Source: an uncultured Spirochaetaceae bacterium
Lineage (GTDB): Bacteria > Spirochaetota > Spirochaetia > JAFGXN01
Direction: 5' to 3'
Length of the DNA: 52,397 bases
Assembly: GCA_964369795.1 (NCBI GenBank)
Contig: CAYJGX010000007.1
Location: forward strand, 1-52,397
A program made the translations under genes and the position numbers. How positions within the stretch are numbered: position 1 is the first letter of the stretch; every line of letters begins with the position of its first letter. This document shows, piece by piece, positions 51,610 through 52,397 of this stretch. The notes below the pieces were generated by a model that saw only the letters and a list, made by a program, of their open reading frames with translations, had not been told where the DNA came from and made no database searches.

Positions 51610-52397
51610 ATGACGAGAGAAGATATTTTAGCAGATGTTAGAGTGAGGTACACTTTAAGCGCAGAAAAGAATAAAGAAATTTTACTAGCATTTATAAATG
51701 CAGTAAGGCAGTTAGAACACAATGAAAATAAGATAACGGATTTGACAATTAAAAATCCGTTTCAATTTCCAGAAAAAGAGGGGGATAAATATTCTATTTT
51801 AGACATAGTTGCCACGGATAATTTAGGAAGAAAATATAATATTGAAATTGAAAATAAACCTGGGATGAATTTTGTGGAAAGAATTTTATGGTATGCATTT
51901 AAGTTATATGTGGGGGATTTAGCTTTAGGTAAGGATTACAGTGAGTTAAAGCCAGTGATTTTTATTGGAATAATAGATAATCCTGTTTTCCTCGATGAAA
52001 TACTTAAAAACTTGCCTGTAACATCCTTTAGCTTGCGTGAAAATAAGACTTATATTCAATTGACGGATATGATTGAAATCGTATTAATCAATATCTCAGA
52101 CTTAGAAAATTTAGAACAAATTCTTCTTGCAAAAAATGGAAAGGATTTGTATAATTTTACATATCTTTTCAAGAGGGGCAACAACAAGGCAGATGCGAAA
52201 TTGCAAGAAATTATTAATGAAGATCCAATTATTGCAAAAGCGTATCAAGTTGCAAATGATTTTATGAACGAAGAACAAACACAAGCTTGGGTTGAGGCTA
52301 GGTTAAAAGCAGATTTGTTATATAACACACGCCAAAAAGAGGCATTGATAATTGGGCATGCAAAGGGCCACGCGATAGGTCATGCTGAAGGTCATGC
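51610..52397 (+). CDS. Rpn-family recombination-promoting nuclease / PD-(D/E)XK putative transposase (TIGR01784-like); 3' end runs off the window
   Basis: My own translation from ATG 51610 (RBS AGGAG) reads MTREDILADVRVRYTL..KYSILDIVATDNLGRKYNIEIENKP..VIFIGII.. followed by a Gly/His/Ala/Lys repeat tail (GHAKGHAIGHAEGH). It is not in the ORF track because there is no stop inside the window. Confidence 0.7.
   Translation, partial: MTREDILADVRVRYTLSAEKNKEILLAFINAVRQLEHNENKITDLTIKNPFQFPEKEGDKYSILDIVATDNLGRKYNIEIENKPGMNFVERILWYAFKLYVGDLALGKDYSELKPVIFIGIIDNPVFLDEILKNLPVTSFSLRENKTYIQLTDMIEIVLINISDLENLEQILLAKNGKDLYNFTYLFKRGNNKADAKLQEIINEDPIIAKAYQVANDFMNEEQTQAWVEARLKADLLYNTRQKEALIIGHAKGHAIGHAEGH

Overview
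The window looks like ordinary chromosome from an AT-rich, anaerobic, motile, host- or gut-associated bacterium. A Treponema-like spirochaete is my best guess. That guess is inference from gene content only: class I LysRS, a rubrerythrin/desulfoferrodoxin/rubredoxin operon, many TPR proteins and lipoproteins with relaxed lipoboxes, and a TIGR01784/Rpn-type nuclease. I found about 40 protein genes and no rRNA, tRNA, CRISPR array or intact IS element.

Gene content, in order:
- A sialic-acid module: a NanA-like lyase divergent from a NanM-mutarotase::SSS-symporter fusion.
- cheR-cheB.
- An RseC-like/YmdB-like pair.
- A NusG-II/Gx-transporter pair, a PTS-EIIA(Ntr)-like protein and a patatin.
- A 1086-1095 aa protein with an acidic repeat region, one TM helix and TPR repeats.
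- Several secreted or TPR proteins and an orphan KaiC/RecA-like ATPase.
- A CNNM/TlyC-type protein, ilvE, trxA, class I lysK and a hemerythrin/PAS protein.
- A tightly packed seven-gene envelope operon: secreted protein, 1024 aa TPR protein, beta-barrel candidate, ExbB, ExbD, TonB-like protein, HAD.
- A 1729 aa membrane-anchored coiled-coil giant.
- rbr-dfx-rubredoxin, then cysE.
- A run of four lipoprotein genes: a small one, an FG-GAP propeller, a second propeller and a Cys-type sulfatase.
- leuCD.
- A truncated DUF4143-ATPase remnant next to an Rpn-family nuclease at the window edge.

Items most worth a second look:
1. The giant coiled-coil protein with internal roughly 255-codon modules and an HTH-like tail.
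2. The ExbBD/TonB-like operon, which has a huge TPR protein and a small beta-barrel but no recognisable TonB-dependent receptor.
3. The NanA-like gene, whose Schiff-base lysine codon reads Asn.
4. The lipoprotein-anchored NanM::SSS fusion.
5. A YmdB-family protein with several degenerate metal-ligand motifs.
6. A GC-rich, highly self-complementary element of about 95 nt between leuD and the sulfatase gene.

I could not run any homology search, RNA covariance model or composition statistic. All family calls rest on motifs I read in the translations. No clearly novel multi-gene system (defence or otherwise) can be demonstrated from the sequence alone.
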